64,000 nucleotides of DNA from Spirochaetia bacterium (GCA_963675665.1 OY776510.1:2144001-2208000); one strand, 5' to 3'. Counted from the first letter of the stretch, positions 26,311-36,639 are shown. Made by a program: numbers and translations. Notes: generated by a model not told the origin, from the letters alone.

Positions 26311-27543
26311 ATGAAAAAAACTGGAATTATCGCAATTATCTTTACAGTATGCATGCTGTCCGCGGTTTTTGCCGGCGGCCAGTCTGAAGCTGAGGATGAG
26401 GTTATCAAGATTGGCGCTCCGCTTCCGTTAACCGGTGCATATGCTGCTGACGGCGAGCATATGTTAATGGGAATGGAACTTGCTGTTGACGACCTTAATG
26501 CGGCAGGGGGAGTTCTGGGCAAGAAGGTGGAACTTGTAACATTTGATATTGAAGATCTCCTCGCCGAGACAGTTACAACTTCTGCTGAATATCTTCTCAA
26601 GAAGGAAAAAGTGGATGTTGTTGTTGAAGGTTACGGAGGATGGGGCCCGGACTTTCTTTCGTTCGGCGTTAAAAGCAGCGTGCCGTTCTTTCACGGCAGC
26701 GGTTCGATTCAGGGCGCTAATATGGTTGCTGATGATCCTGCTTCCTGCTCGAATATGTTCCAGGTTTTTTCGACTGAAGGGGGCTACGGGATAAGGGCTT
26801 ACCAGGGGTTGACCCAATTTTCTGATGAATATGTGTACCCGAATAAAAAAATTGCCTTGATTCATGGTGATCTTGAATGGGACCTTTTCTACACTGCCGC
26901 CGTTAAGGATTACGCCGAGGCTGACGGTTGGGAAGTTGTAATGGATGAAACTGTTCCGTACGGAACTACCGACTGGGGGTCAATTCTTCTGAAAATAAGA
27001 GAAGAAAAACCTGCAGCTATTGTCTGTTCAATTCTGTCTGTCGCCGACATCTCCTCTTTTACTCAGCAGTTTATGGAAAATCCCACACCTTCAATGCTTG
27101 ATATATCTTATATGGTAGTTTTTACCGAAACACAGGAAGCGGTAGGAGAAAAACTGAAAGGCGTAATGGGCTATGTCACAAGTTATGTTCCGCCCAGCGC
27201 TGAAGGCGATGCATGGAAAAAAAGATTTAAAGCAAAGTTCGGAATGGATGTTCCTCTTACCACACCTCCTTCAACCTATGATTCTATCATGATTTGGGCG
27301 GCAGCTGCTGAAAAGGTCGGAGATGCAAAAGATTATGAAGCAATTTGTGATGTTATCCGCACTGAACCTTACAAAGGCTTGTTGGGAATTTACGATTTCA
27401 ATAATGCCCAGCAGACTGTTCAGGTGGGACCGGATTTCCCGATTGCTTACGGACAGTACCTGGGTAACGGCGAGCTTGCTTTTTACGGCTCCGATGATTT
27501 TATTTTCCCGCCCTGGATTAGTCCTGAATGGAAGAAGAAATAA
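26311..27543 (+). CDS. LivK/HAAT-type ABC substrate-binding protein
   Basis: Signal peptide; IKIGAPLPLTGAYAADG, AVDDLNAAGGVLGKKVEL. Confidence 0.85.
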   Translation: MKKTGIIAIIFTVCMLSAVFAGGQSEAEDEVIKIGAPLPLTGAYAADGEHMLMGMELAVDDLNAAGGVLGKKVELVTFDIEDLLAETVTTSAEYLLKKEKVDVVVEGYGGWGPDFLSFGVKSSVPFFHGSGSIQGANMVADDPASCSNMFQVFSTEGGYGIRAYQGLTQFSDEYVYPNKKIALIHGDLEWDLFYTAAVKDYAEADGWEVVMDETVPYGTTDWGSILLKIREEKPAAIVCSILSVADISSFTQQFMENPTPSMLDISYMVVFTETQEAVGEKLKGVMGYVTSYVPPSAEGDAWKKRFKAKFGMDVPLTTPPSTYDSIMIWAAAAEKVGDAKDYEAICDVIRTEPYKGLLGIYDFNNAQQTVQVGPDFPIAYGQYLGNGELAFYGSDDFIFPPWISPEWKKK

Positions 27544-27550
27544 ATATTTA

Positions 27551-27576
27551 ACGGAGGCGGCTTGAGCCGCCTCCGT
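27551..27576. other. Stem-loop after binding-protein gene
   Basis: ACGGAGGCGGCT-tg-AGCCGCCTCCGT. Confidence 0.6.
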
Positions 27577-27590
27577 ATCTGGAGTAATTG

Positions 27591-28322
27591 ATGTTTTTGG
27601 AACTGAATAATGTTAGCAAGTCTTTCGGTAGTTTTAAAGCAGTCAACGATTTAAGTTTTTCTCTGGAGAAGGGTGAGATTTTTGGTATAGCAGGGCCTAA
27701 CGGCGCCGGGAAAACAACCCTGTTTAATACAATTACCGGTTTCTACAAGGGCGAGGGTGAGATTCTTTTCAAAGGAAAGAACATCAGCAATATGACTTCG
27801 AATGCTGTATGCCGGGAGGGGATTGCCAGGACCTTTCAAATGCCGTCTGTATTTCAGTCTATGTCCGTAAGCGAAAATATCCGTGTCGGTATACGTTTCG
27901 GTATTAAAGGAAAAAAATCTGAAGAGCGAATTCTTGATGATGTTCTTAAGTTTACCGGACTATTCGACAGAAAAGAAGAAATGCCCGACAGGCTTACCAT
28001 ATATGAAAAAAAACTTACCATGCTTGCTTCTGCGATAGCAACAGAGCCGGAAATCCTGCTTCTTGACGAACCTGCCGCAGGTTTAAGCCCCGTTGAAGCT
28101 GATGAGTTTATCAAGATGGCTATTAAAATAAACAGGGAAAGAGGAATATCAATAATAGTGATCGAACATCTTATGCGTGTTCTTGTTTCCATATCCAACA
28201 GGCTGATGATTCTCGACAACGGTTCAAGAATAGCGTTGGGAGATCCTCAGGATGTGATTAAGGATGAAAATGTAATTGAAATCTATCTGGGATCGAAAGG
28301 AAAAACGAATGCTAGAGGTTAA
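27591..28322 (+). CDS. HAAT ABC ATP-binding protein (LivG-like)
   Basis: GPNGAGKTT, GIARTFQ, LLLDEPAAGL, IEHLM. Confidence 0.92.
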   Translation: MFLELNNVSKSFGSFKAVNDLSFSLEKGEIFGIAGPNGAGKTTLFNTITGFYKGEGEILFKGKNISNMTSNAVCREGIARTFQMPSVFQSMSVSENIRVGIRFGIKGKKSEERILDDVLKFTGLFDRKEEMPDRLTIYEKKLTMLASAIATEPEILLLDEPAAGLSPVEADEFIKMAIKINRERGISIIVIEHLMRVLVSISNRLMILDNGSRIALGDPQDVIKDENVIEIYLGSKGKTNARG

Positions 28323-29016
28323 GAATCTTTCAACTTTCTACGGAGAGTTTCAGGCCCTTCACGGGATCGATATCGAAGTCGGCGACGGATGCCTTGTAGC
28401 TATCTTCGGACCTAACGGTCACGGCAAAACCACCCTGATGAAAACAATTTGCGGTCTGATACAGCCTTCTGAAGGTGAAATTATCTATAAAGGTGAGAAT
28501 CTGGCTGATAAGGATGCGCCGTGGATAGTTGAAAACGGAATGGTTTATATCGCCGAAGATCGGCATCTGTTTCGTGAGATGAGTGTTCTGGAAAATCTTA
28601 AACTGGGCGCGTACAATAAAAATGCACGTTCACTGGAAAAACAGAACCTGGAATTTGTTTTTGATCTTTTTCCCAAATTAAAAATACTCTCTTCAAAACC
28701 CGCTTCTACATTGAGCGGAGGAGAGGCGAGAATGCTTGCAATCGGCCGCGGACTTATGTCTAATCCCGATTTTCTGGCGATTGATGAACCTTCCCTGGGC
28801 CTGGCCCCCAAATTGCGGAGTGAAGTTTTTGAGAAAATTAAAGAAATAAAAGATAACGGAAAAAACATTCTGATAGTAGAGCAGAGTACTTCCGAGATTT
28901 CCGATATTGCGGATTATATTTATCTGCTTGAGGACGGTCGGATAATTCATGAAGGGGCTTCTCTTGATGAGGTTAACGATGAACATTTCAAAAAAGTATA
29001 TCTTGGAATAAATTGA
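28309..29016 (+). CDS. HAAT ABC ATP-binding protein (LivF-like)
   Basis: GPNGHGKTT, LSGGE, IDEPSLGLAP, IVEQ; ATG 28309 (MLEVKNL). Confidence 0.92.
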   Translation: MLEVKNLSTFYGEFQALHGIDIEVGDGCLVAIFGPNGHGKTTLMKTICGLIQPSEGEIIYKGENLADKDAPWIVENGMVYIAEDRHLFREMSVLENLKLGAYNKNARSLEKQNLEFVFDLFPKLKILSSKPASTLSGGEARMLAIGRGLMSNPDFLAIDEPSLGLAPKLRSEVFEKIKEIKDNGKNILIVEQSTSEISDIADYIYLLEDGRIIHEGASLDEVNDEHFKKVYLGIN

Positions 29017-29031
29017 ATTGAGGTTATAATT

Positions 29032-29901
29032 ATGATGCAGTTATTAGAAGCTCTGATAAGCGGAGCTACCATCGGTTCTGTATATTTTATTATAGCGGTG
29101 GGTTTCTCGCTTATCTATGGTGTTTCCAGGGTACTTGTATATTCTTACGGTTCTTTCTTTACCTGGGGGGCTTATTTCGCCTGGATATTCGCAATCGGAG
29201 TACTTAAACTAAATTATTTTCTGGTATTTCTGTTTGTTATTCCGTTGATGGCCCTGATGGGATTCCTTCTCGAAAAAATAGTCATAAAACCGTTGCGTTC
29301 AAGACCGGCCTTTGACTGGAATGTGCTTCTTGCTACACTTGGTGTGGCTCTTGTTCTTGATAACCTTGCCCTTGTTGTATTTGGAGCAAGGACAAAATCG
29401 CTTCCGCTGATGATTGACGGCACTATTGCTTTGGGCGGTCTTGTGTTAAGCAGGCAACAGATATTTATGTTTCTGTTTTCAATTATTCTTGCGGTTGTTC
29501 TGAGTCTGGTTTTATCCAAAACACGTATTGGAATGGCAATGAGAGCCGTTGCGCAGGATTCGGAAGGCGCCAAAATAGTAGGAATTCCAATCGCCAGGGT
29601 TTTTGCATATACATTTGCCATATGCGCGGTTTTGGCAGGGCTTGGAGGAGTATTGCTTGCTCCCCGGTTTTATATAGAACCATTGGGGGGATGGGATTTT
29701 CTTCTGAAGGCTCTGATAATTGTAATAGTTGGAGGACTGGGCAGTATTAAGGGCACGTTTCTAGGGGCTTTTGTTCTTGGGATACTGGAGTCCCTGGTTG
29801 GCTGGCAGCTTGGCCTGCTCTGGGTTATGCCTTTCTGGTTTATCGTTCTCCTGGTTATTTTGCTTATTCGCCCGCAGGGCTTTTTCGGGAAAGAAATATG
29901 A
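29032..29901 (+). CDS. HAAT ABC permease (LivH-like)
   Basis: GSVYFIIAVGFSLIYG, TRIGMAMRAVAQD, IVGGLGS, RPQGFFG. Confidence 0.92.
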   Translation: MMQLLEALISGATIGSVYFIIAVGFSLIYGVSRVLVYSYGSFFTWGAYFAWIFAIGVLKLNYFLVFLFVIPLMALMGFLLEKIVIKPLRSRPAFDWNVLLATLGVALVLDNLALVVFGARTKSLPLMIDGTIALGGLVLSRQQIFMFLFSIILAVVLSLVLSKTRIGMAMRAVAQDSEGAKIVGIPIARVFAYTFAICAVLAGLGGVLLAPRFYIEPLGGWDFLLKALIIVIVGGLGSIKGTFLGAFVLGILESLVGWQLGLLWVMPFWFIVLLVILLIRPQGFFGKEI

Positions 29902-30881
29902 GAAAGAATAAAAAACAATTTAACAGTTTAATAATAATGATCATCATAATTGGAATTCTGCCGGTCTTTCTGTTTCGAAACGGCTATGCCATGCATTTGC
30001 TGATTATGTCGCTTATCTGGGCGGTAGTTGCAGCCTCCTGGGATCTTGTCCTCGGCTATGCCGGAATCTTCAATTTGGGTCAGCTTGCGTTCTTTGCCAT
30101 CGGGGCATATGTATCCTCAATCTTGACAATAAATTTCGGAATGAGCCCGTGGGCAGGTTTGGTGATAGCCGGGATAGCAGCAGGCGGACTGGGAATACTT
30201 GTCGGGTTACCGTGTCTAAAATTAAAAGGAATATATATTGCGTTAATGACACTGGCGTTCTATGAAGTGGTGGGGCCGTTGATTATCGTCGGTCGTCCGA
30301 TCGGAACCGGAGGGAAAGGCGGTTTGTTTCCCGTTCCGGCATTCAGGATCGGCAACTATCTGTTTAATTCCAACGAGTTGGTTCCGTGGTTATATTTGAC
30401 CCTTATATTCTTCGGTGTTTTCATGTTTGCAATATATAAAATGATTAATTCTACGTTTGGTGTTGCATTCACAGCGCTTCGTGACAATGAAAATCTTGCA
30501 AAAGGATTGGGAATTAATAAATTTGTATATTCCCTGCTTCTGTCCGGAGCGGCATCGTTTATTACCGGTGTAATGGGTGCGTTCTATGCTCATTACGTTT
30601 CAATGATCTCTCCACGGATGCTCGGGCTTGATTCGTTTTTGTTTCTTTTAATTATGGTAATCCTGGGCGGGGCAGGCAATTTTCCCGGTGCAGCAATAGG
30701 CGCATTTGCGGTGACCTTCCTGAATGATGCGCTCCGCCCTCTGGATACATGGCGGCTGCTGGTTCTGGGTTTGCTGCTTGTGCTATTGATTATGAAATTC
30801 CCCAAGGGTATAATCGGTACGTTATTTGATTTATTTAACCGGATAATGAAAAAACTACCTTTTATAAAACAGGAAATGTAA
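29898..30881 (+). CDS. HAAT ABC permease (LivM-like)
   Basis: GYAGIFNLGQLAFFAIGAY, LKGIYIALMTL, ALRDNE, VILGG. Confidence 0.92.
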   Translation: MRKNKKQFNSLIIMIIIIGILPVFLFRNGYAMHLLIMSLIWAVVAASWDLVLGYAGIFNLGQLAFFAIGAYVSSILTINFGMSPWAGLVIAGIAAGGLGILVGLPCLKLKGIYIALMTLAFYEVVGPLIIVGRPIGTGGKGGLFPVPAFRIGNYLFNSNELVPWLYLTLIFFGVFMFAIYKMINSTFGVAFTALRDNENLAKGLGINKFVYSLLLSGAASFITGVMGAFYAHYVSMISPRMLGLDSFLFLLIMVILGGAGNFPGAAIGAFAVTFLNDALRPLDTWRLLVLGLLLVLLIMKFPKGIIGTLFDLFNRIMKKLPFIKQEM

Positions 30882-30882
30882 A

Positions 30883-31362
30883 ATGGATATTGATAAACTG
30901 GATTCTGAGATAATAAAGCTTCTGCAAAAAGACGGCAGGATGACAAGCAAAGCAATGAGCAAGTTGCTGGATGTAACCGAAACCACTGTCAGGAATCGAC
31001 TATCAAGGCTGATTAAAGATAAAGTGATACAGATAGTGGCGGTTGCTGATCCTCATAGAATCGGGTTTAATCTGGTTGGAAGTTTTAAAATTATTGCGGA
31101 TCCCAAAAAGGTCAATCATGTTTTAAGCGAATTGAAAAAGATCAAGGAAATCTGGTATGTTGCCAAAGCTACCGGCAGTAATGATATTGATACGGAATTT
31201 AATATAGAATCAATGGAAATGCTGAACGATTTGATTTACAACAAGCTTGTCCAGATTGACGGTATTGTGAAGACGGAAACTTCGATAATACTGGGATATG
31301 AGAAACGAAGCTATGAATGGGGTACCGGTTACAAGTCCGAGAAAAAGAAAATAATTAATTAA
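30883..31362 (+). CDS. Lrp/AsnC-family transcriptional regulator
   Basis: DKLDSEIIKLLQKDGR...VTETTVRNRLSRL HTH; ATGSND and GIVKTETSI RAM domain. Confidence 0.93.
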   Translation: MDIDKLDSEIIKLLQKDGRMTSKAMSKLLDVTETTVRNRLSRLIKDKVIQIVAVADPHRIGFNLVGSFKIIADPKKVNHVLSELKKIKEIWYVAKATGSNDIDTEFNIESMEMLNDLIYNKLVQIDGIVKTETSIILGYEKRSYEWGTGYKSEKKKIIN

Positions 31363-31415
31363 ATTTGTTAAACAAAAAATAAACGGCAAATAATTTTGAT
31401 AAAGGGCAATATATT

Positions 31416-31444
31416 TTGACATATATGCCCTTTTGTGTTAATAT
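31416..31444 (+). promoter_or_regulatory. Sigma70-type promoter TTGACA-17-TAATAT (extended -10), with -35 inside inverted repeat AAAGGGCA...TGCCCTTT (31401-31433)
   Basis: Read from sequence. Confidence 0.6.
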
Positions 31445-31499
31445 TAACCACCTGTCAAAAATCGGAGTCATGTCTTAGTTTTATTTCGAGGAGATGGCT

Positions 31500-32699
31500 A
31501 TGAAAATCGCTGTGCTTGGGGGAACCGGATTAATGGCTTCCGGTACAATCCGTGATCTGATCTCTGAACAGTCTGACGGTATTGAAAAAGTATATGTAGC
31601 GGATATTGATGAAGTTAAGATAAGTAATTTTATTAAAGAATTAAATGATGACAGGCTTGAAGGTAAGAAAATTGATGTCAAGGATGAGTCATCCGTACTT
31701 AAACTGCTGGAAAAAGCTGATCTGTGTATTAATGGTGTTCCGACTTTTGCCGGGTACCAGATGGATATTTTTAATTACTGTTTTAAGGCGGGTTGTCATT
31801 ATGTAGATTTCGGCGGAATGGGCGTATATACGGTAAAACAGAAGGCTGAGCATGATAAATGGGCTAATGCCGGTCTTGTTGCTGTTCTGGGTTTGGGCGC
31901 TGACCCCGGCATGTCAAACATGACATGCAAGGCGGTAGCTGAAGAGCTGGAGACAATCGAGAGTATCAACCTTTACTGGGCTGCGACTATTAAAGGTGAG
32001 CAAAATCCGGTACTTATACCGCCATACAGTATCAAAACTGTAATGGGTGAATATACCAACAACAGTACCCAGTTCCTCGACGGGAAACTGACTGAAATGC
32101 CTCCGATGAGCGGGGTGCAGAAAATGGTTCTGCCCGAACCGTGGGGCGAAACATATTTTATGCATTCGCAGCATTCGGAACCGCTTACGGTCCCGTTTGC
32201 CAAAGGAATCAGGGAGAAAGGAATTAAAGAAATGACCTGGCGGCTGAGTCTTCCTAAAGAGGAGGACCTTACCTGGAAAGCGCTGGTCAGGGCAGGTTTT
32301 AATGCTGAAGATAAACCGGTCCTTGTAAACGGAGTTGAAGTGAAACCTGTTGAACTGCTTGAAAAACTGGTCTACCGAAACATCGAAGAAAACAGTGACA
32401 GTATTCCGGACCAGGAAGGGTATGAAATTCACTTTGCAATAGGAAAAGGAGTAAAAGCCGGCAAAAATGTTACTGCAAAGTGTACTGTCACATCGGGACC
32501 GGACCCGTTATATGAAGGTTATAACGATGCCGGAACATCTATGAACTGTTCAATAGGAGCCCAGCTGCTTATGAGGAATCAGAGTATTCCCGGGGTATGG
32601 GGACCTGAAGAGTATTATGATGTTGCTGAATATTTCGCTGAGGTAAAGAAAAGGCATTTCAAGGTTGAAATGGAGATAATAACAAAACGCGCTTTTTAG
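31500..32699 (+). CDS. Saccharopine dehydrogenase / lysine 6-dehydrogenase-family NAD(P) oxidoreductase
   Basis: VLGGTGLMA Rossmann fold, HYVDFGG, GLGADPGMSN, HSEPLT, GVWGPEE; SD gaggag favours ATG 31500. Confidence 0.85.
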   Translation: MKIAVLGGTGLMASGTIRDLISEQSDGIEKVYVADIDEVKISNFIKELNDDRLEGKKIDVKDESSVLKLLEKADLCINGVPTFAGYQMDIFNYCFKAGCHYVDFGGMGVYTVKQKAEHDKWANAGLVAVLGLGADPGMSNMTCKAVAEELETIESINLYWAATIKGEQNPVLIPPYSIKTVMGEYTNNSTQFLDGKLTEMPPMSGVQKMVLPEPWGETYFMHSQHSEPLTVPFAKGIREKGIKEMTWRLSLPKEEDLTWKALVRAGFNAEDKPVLVNGVEVKPVELLEKLVYRNIEENSDSIPDQEGYEIHFAIGKGVKAGKNVTAKCTVTSGPDPLYEGYNDAGTSMNCSIGAQLLMRNQSIPGVWGPEEYYDVAEYFAEVKKRHFKVEMEIITKRAF

Positions 32700-32829
32700 A
32701 TCCAATCCCCGAAACTATTTTGTACTTCGGGGATTATTAAAATTAAGGGCATAGCATAACCGACAAGATAGAACTTTCAGTATAAGCAAAGCAGTTGCAG
32801 TTCAGGTCCAATAAATAAAAGATGTCATT

Positions 32830-32858
32830 AAAAAAGGGGAAGCAGGTCCTGCTTCCCC
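32830..32858 (-). terminator. Intrinsic terminator of the ferritin gene
   Basis: GGGGAAGCA-ggacc-TGCTTCCCC followed by T6 on the minus strand. Confidence 0.75.
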
Positions 32859-32877
32859 ATATCGGCGTTTAATAATT

Positions 32878-33417
32878 TTACCCTGCAACCGGCTGTCCCA
32901 TTATGGTCGGAACTGCCAGAACAGACAGGGCCCGGCCTGCCAGTTCGTTATCAAGCTGGTAGAGGGCGTTAGAACTGTCTTTTATTCTTTTCAATTTTGC
33001 CAGAATTACATTGGCAGAATCTTCCTCTTCAACCTGCTCGTCGACATACCACATCAGAAAACTTTCCGATGCATAATCTTCAAGTTTTCGTGAAAGTGTT
33101 ACAAGTTTATTGATTCTGCCGGTAATGTATTCTTCATGTTTTACAACGGCGTCGAAAAGCTCAACGTATGAACCCCAGGTTGTGTCCGGTCCTTCAATAG
33201 GTTGCAGAAGGGCTTTTCCTCCCCTTTCAATTAAAAAATTGAAGAACTTCATTGCGTGCATGGTTTCTTCCATATATTGGCATCTCATCCAGTTTGAAAA
33301 ACCAGGCAGATTTTCATCATCAAAATAGCTTGCCATTGACAGATAAAGGTAGGCTGAAAACATTTCGGCGTTTATCTGATCATTGATAGCATCCTGCATT
33401 TCTTTTTTTATACTCAT
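32878..33417 (-). CDS. ftnA: Non-haem ferritin
   Basis: INDQINAEMFSAYLYLSMA, QYMEETMHAMKF, HEEYIT, FLMWYVDEQVEEE ferroxidase motifs. Confidence 0.95.
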   Translation of the reverse strand: MSIKKEMQDAINDQINAEMFSAYLYLSMASYFDDENLPGFSNWMRCQYMEETMHAMKFFNFLIERGGKALLQPIEGPDTTWGSYVELFDAVVKHEEYITGRINKLVTLSRKLEDYASESFLMWYVDEQVEEEDSANVILAKLKRIKDSSNALYQLDNELAGRALSVLAVPTIMGQPVAG

Positions 33418-33486
33418 ATTTTTCTCCTAGAGTGTTTTGTTAAAATATACTAGCAGGACTCCTTTCCAGCAAGAATTATATATAAA

Positions 33487-34314
33487 TTATTTTATACTGC
33501 CCATTGTAAGCCCCCGAACAAGGTGTCTCTGGGATATTAAGCCGAATATTATCAACGGTAAGACAGTAATTATTCCGGCGGCGCTCATGGTCCCCCAGTC
33601 AACGGATTTTTCGCTTACGAACATATTTACCAGAACGGGGAGGGTCCTTGTTTTATTGCCGCTGAGAACAAGAGCAAAAAAGAATTCATTCCAGACAAGC
33701 AAGGCGCAGAGAACTGCGGTGGCGGCAAAGCCGGGCGCTGCAAGCGGAAGAATTACCTTCCGGATAGCCGTCAAACGTGAACACCCGTCCACTACGGCGG
33801 ATTCTTCAATTTCCACCGGTATTTCGGCGAAGAATCCCCTCATCATCCAGATAACAAAAGGGACTGAAAGAAACGCGCCCATGCTGATCAATGCTGTGTA
33901 TGAGTCTGAAAGATTTAGATTTTTTGCAAGGAGAAAAAACGGAAGAACAAGCACAACAGGCGGTGTCATCCTGGCAAGCAGCACAAAGATCATAACCGCT
34001 GTTTTGCTTTTCATACGAAAACGTGCAAGGGCATAAGCCGTAGGCGTTCCGACTAACAACGAAATAAATACCGCCATAACGGTTATATAAAAGCTGTTTA
34101 GGAAACATCCGGCGAATTCGCTGTTGGAAAAAAAGGTTTTATAATTGGCAAGCGTCGGGCTGAAACCGAACCAGAACGGTTGAAACTGGGCTGCTTTAGG
34201 TTTAATCGATGCAAAAAGAATCCAAAAAATGGGATAAAGGGTCCATACAAGCATAAAAACAACAATAAAGGCATACAGAATTCTAAGTCCGATTTTATTT
34301 TGATTTCCTGTCAT
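33487..34314 (-). CDS. Carbohydrate ABC permease (MalG-like)
   Basis: AYALARF, WMMRGFFAEIPVEIEESAVVDG, WNEFFFAL, QRHLVRGLTMG. Confidence 0.92.
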   Translation of the reverse strand: MTGNQNKIGLRILYAFIVVFMLVWTLYPIFWILFASIKPKAAQFQPFWFGFSPTLANYKTFFSNSEFAGCFLNSFYITVMAVFISLLVGTPTAYALARFRMKSKTAVMIFVLLARMTPPVVLVLPFFLLAKNLNLSDSYTALISMGAFLSVPFVIWMMRGFFAEIPVEIEESAVVDGCSRLTAIRKVILPLAAPGFAATAVLCALLVWNEFFFALVLSGNKTRTLPVLVNMFVSEKSVDWGTMSAAGIITVLPLIIFGLISQRHLVRGLTMGSIK

Positions 34315-35192
34315 TCGACGCCTACCTTCTTAATATATATAAGGGTGAAAAATAATGCGATAAACATGGTCAGTATCCCGACGGTCCCTGCAAGTCCCAT
34401 TTCATATGACTGGAAAGCCAGCCTGTAGCCGTAAAACGACAAAACCTCGGATGAAGCGCCGGGACCTCCCCCGGTCATTATACTCACGGTATCGAAAATC
34501 CTTAAAGCGGTAAGGGTTCGTATAACGACCGCAACAAGTATGGAGGGTTTTAAGAGAGGCACGGTAATTTTCCAGAACCTCTGCCATGCGTTTGCGCCGT
34601 CCATGACAGCCGCTTCGAAAGGATCAGTCGGCAGCGCTTTCAGCCCGGCAAGGGTTACCAGAACAACAAAGGGAGTGAACTGCCAGATGTCAACAAAGAT
34701 AAGGACAGGAAGAACGGTATGAGGATTTGCAAGCAGCGGCATTTCAATAAGTTTTCCCATGCCGATATTTCTGAGAAGTTCAGGAATGGGCCCGAAGGTG
34801 TTGTTAAGAATAAATTTCCAGGCAAAGCCAACCACAACCGGGGCCATCATGAAAGGAATAAGAAATACGGACTGGATGATATTGTGGCCCCAAAAGTTAA
34901 GGTTCAATACAAGCGAGATTACAGTTCCGAGAACCATCTCTATAAAAACCGCTGCTATGACGAATACAAGCGTGCGCCCGATAGTTTCCCAGGTGAAGAA
35001 ATCACGCAATACTGCAACGTAGTTTCCCAGTCCTGTAAACCTTATTCCCAAATCGGGCCTGATTAAAGACCATTTGAAAAAGGTGATGCCGATTGCATAT
35101 GCAAGGGGAATAATAAATATGATGAATAAAAATAGAAGCCCCGGCAGAAGATACTTGCCGGCTTCGATTCTTTCACGTTTAATTTTCATCAA
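34311..35192 (-). CDS. Carbohydrate ABC permease (MalF-like)
   Basis: GLGNY, DIWQFTPFVVLVTLAGL...FEAAVMDGA, MTGGGPG. Confidence 0.92.
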   Translation of the reverse strand: MMKIKRERIEAGKYLLPGLLFLFIIFIIPLAYAIGITFFKWSLIRPDLGIRFTGLGNYVAVLRDFFTWETIGRTLVFVIAAVFIEMVLGTVISLVLNLNFWGHNIIQSVFLIPFMMAPVVVGFAWKFILNNTFGPIPELLRNIGMGKLIEMPLLANPHTVLPVLIFVDIWQFTPFVVLVTLAGLKALPTDPFEAAVMDGANAWQRFWKITVPLLKPSILVAVVIRTLTALRIFDTVSIMTGGGPGASSEVLSFYGYRLAFQSYEMGLAGTVGILTMFIALFFTLIYIKKVGVE

Positions 35193-35208
35193 TATGTTTT
35201 CTCCAGTA

Positions 35209-35233
35209 CGGCTGCCGGAATGCCCGGCAGCCG
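35209..35233. other. Stem-loop after binding-protein gene
   Basis: CGGCTGCCGG-aatgc-CCGGCAGCCG. Confidence 0.55.
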
Positions 35234-35243
35234 CAGTTGATTA

Positions 35244-36608
35244 TTAATAATACCCGTTTTCTTTAAGCAGTTTCTCAGTCTGTTCGGCAGCTTTGCCCAA
35301 TGCTTCTTCAGCGTTCACGTTTCCGATCAGGAAATCCGATACCGCCGGAGCAATATACTGATTTACTATTGTCATCCCTTCGGGGATGAGGGGAACCATC
35401 GGTGTGGGGACACAGGTGCCGAGGGCTTCCTGGAAGGGTTCAATCCAGGGAAGTTCGTTTACAAGATCAGGGTCGTCAAGAGCGCTCAACCTGGTCGGGA
35501 TTGTTCCCGTCGGAGCTGCTTCGGCAAACTGCTTTGCTTCCGTGACATATTTTATCCATTCGAGGGCAGCTTCCTTGTCAGTTGCATCGGCTGCTACGGC
35601 GAATCCCCATGATATATAGAGCCTCGGACGTTTGAGATCAAGAGCGTTTTCCGGTTTTGGAAATCCGGTAAAAGAAGCTTTGCCGACTACGCTGGAGCTT
35701 TCGGTGTCATTTACATGAAACATTGCAGTGGTCCATAATTCGGCCATTGCGCTTTTCCCCATCTTGAATTCCGTAAGAGCTTCCTGGAAATCATAATTCA
35801 GAGCTGCTTTATTTGTATATTCAAACATAGCCTTCATTTCATTCAGGCTTTCGATGCCCTCAGCGCTGTTGAAAACAGGTTTCATATTGTCGTCGAGAAG
35901 ATTCCCGCCTCTTGCCCATAATCTGTTCATGAAATGGGTCGCCAGGAAAATGCTTCTTTTTCCCATAAGGGTTACGCCGTAGAGTTCCGGCGGCCGGTGA
36001 AAGAACTCGGCAATATCGGCATACTGTTCCAGACTTTTCGGCGCCGCCAGTTCATATCCGTATTTTGCTTTGAAATCGTCTTTTTCTTTCGGGTCTTCGA
36101 AAAGATCCTTGCGGTAAACAACTCCCCCGACCTCATTCATATAGGGAACGAAGTAAAGCTTGCCGTCAAGATAGGAACTTGAGAGTCCCGGCATGTCTTC
36201 AGACAGCGACGGTTCGTTATCAACAAATTCATTTAACGGTTGAATATAGCCTGCATTTGCAAGAGCAGGGTACCACAGCATGGAAACATAGGGCACATCA
36301 AACCCCGCCTGCCCGCCGGTGAAATTCAGCATCAGCTGATCGAAATAGTTTGCGTACGGGTGCTGGGTTATCTCAAGATGAATGCCCGAGTCAACCTCAA
36401 AGCCCCCCATCCTGGTTTTCCATGCCTCGGTATGCGAACCCCTTTCGCTGACCAGTCTCAGAACAACGGGATCGCCGCCGGCCGCGGAATCAGGTGCTGC
36501 TGCTTCCTGGTTTCCTCCGGCGCTCAGGTTGAAGAGTCCCCCTGAAACAAGAACCATTGTCATGGCAATAAACATCAATGACTTCAAACACTTTTCTTTT
36601 TTATTCAT
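35244..36608 (-). CDS. CUT1 ABC substrate-binding protein (possibly nucleoside)
   Basis: Signal peptide; YRKDLFEDPKEK..FKAKYGYELAAPKS..QY.DIAEFFH. Confidence 0.88.
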   Translation of the reverse strand: MNKKEKCLKSLMFIAMTMVLVSGGLFNLSAGGNQEAAAPDSAAGGDPVVLRLVSERGSHTEAWKTRMGGFEVDSGIHLEITQHPYANYFDQLMLNFTGGQAGFDVPYVSMLWYPALANAGYIQPLNEFVDNEPSLSEDMPGLSSSYLDGKLYFVPYMNEVGGVVYRKDLFEDPKEKDDFKAKYGYELAAPKSLEQYADIAEFFHRPPELYGVTLMGKRSIFLATHFMNRLWARGGNLLDDNMKPVFNSAEGIESLNEMKAMFEYTNKAALNYDFQEALTEFKMGKSAMAELWTTAMFHVNDTESSSVVGKASFTGFPKPENALDLKRPRLYISWGFAVAADATDKEAALEWIKYVTEAKQFAEAAPTGTIPTRLSALDDPDLVNELPWIEPFQEALGTCVPTPMVPLIPEGMTIVNQYIAPAVSDFLIGNVNAEEALGKAAEQTEKLLKENGYY

Positions 36609-36639
36609 ATCTCCCTCCGAAAAAATTGTTTTGGTTATT

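Noticed and set aside
33437-34036. 199-aa + strand ORF and other long alternative-frame ORFs (e.g. 58140-58823, 54298-54879, 21183-21740, 60153-60722)
   Set aside because: They lie antisense to well-supported genes and show no recognisable motifs.
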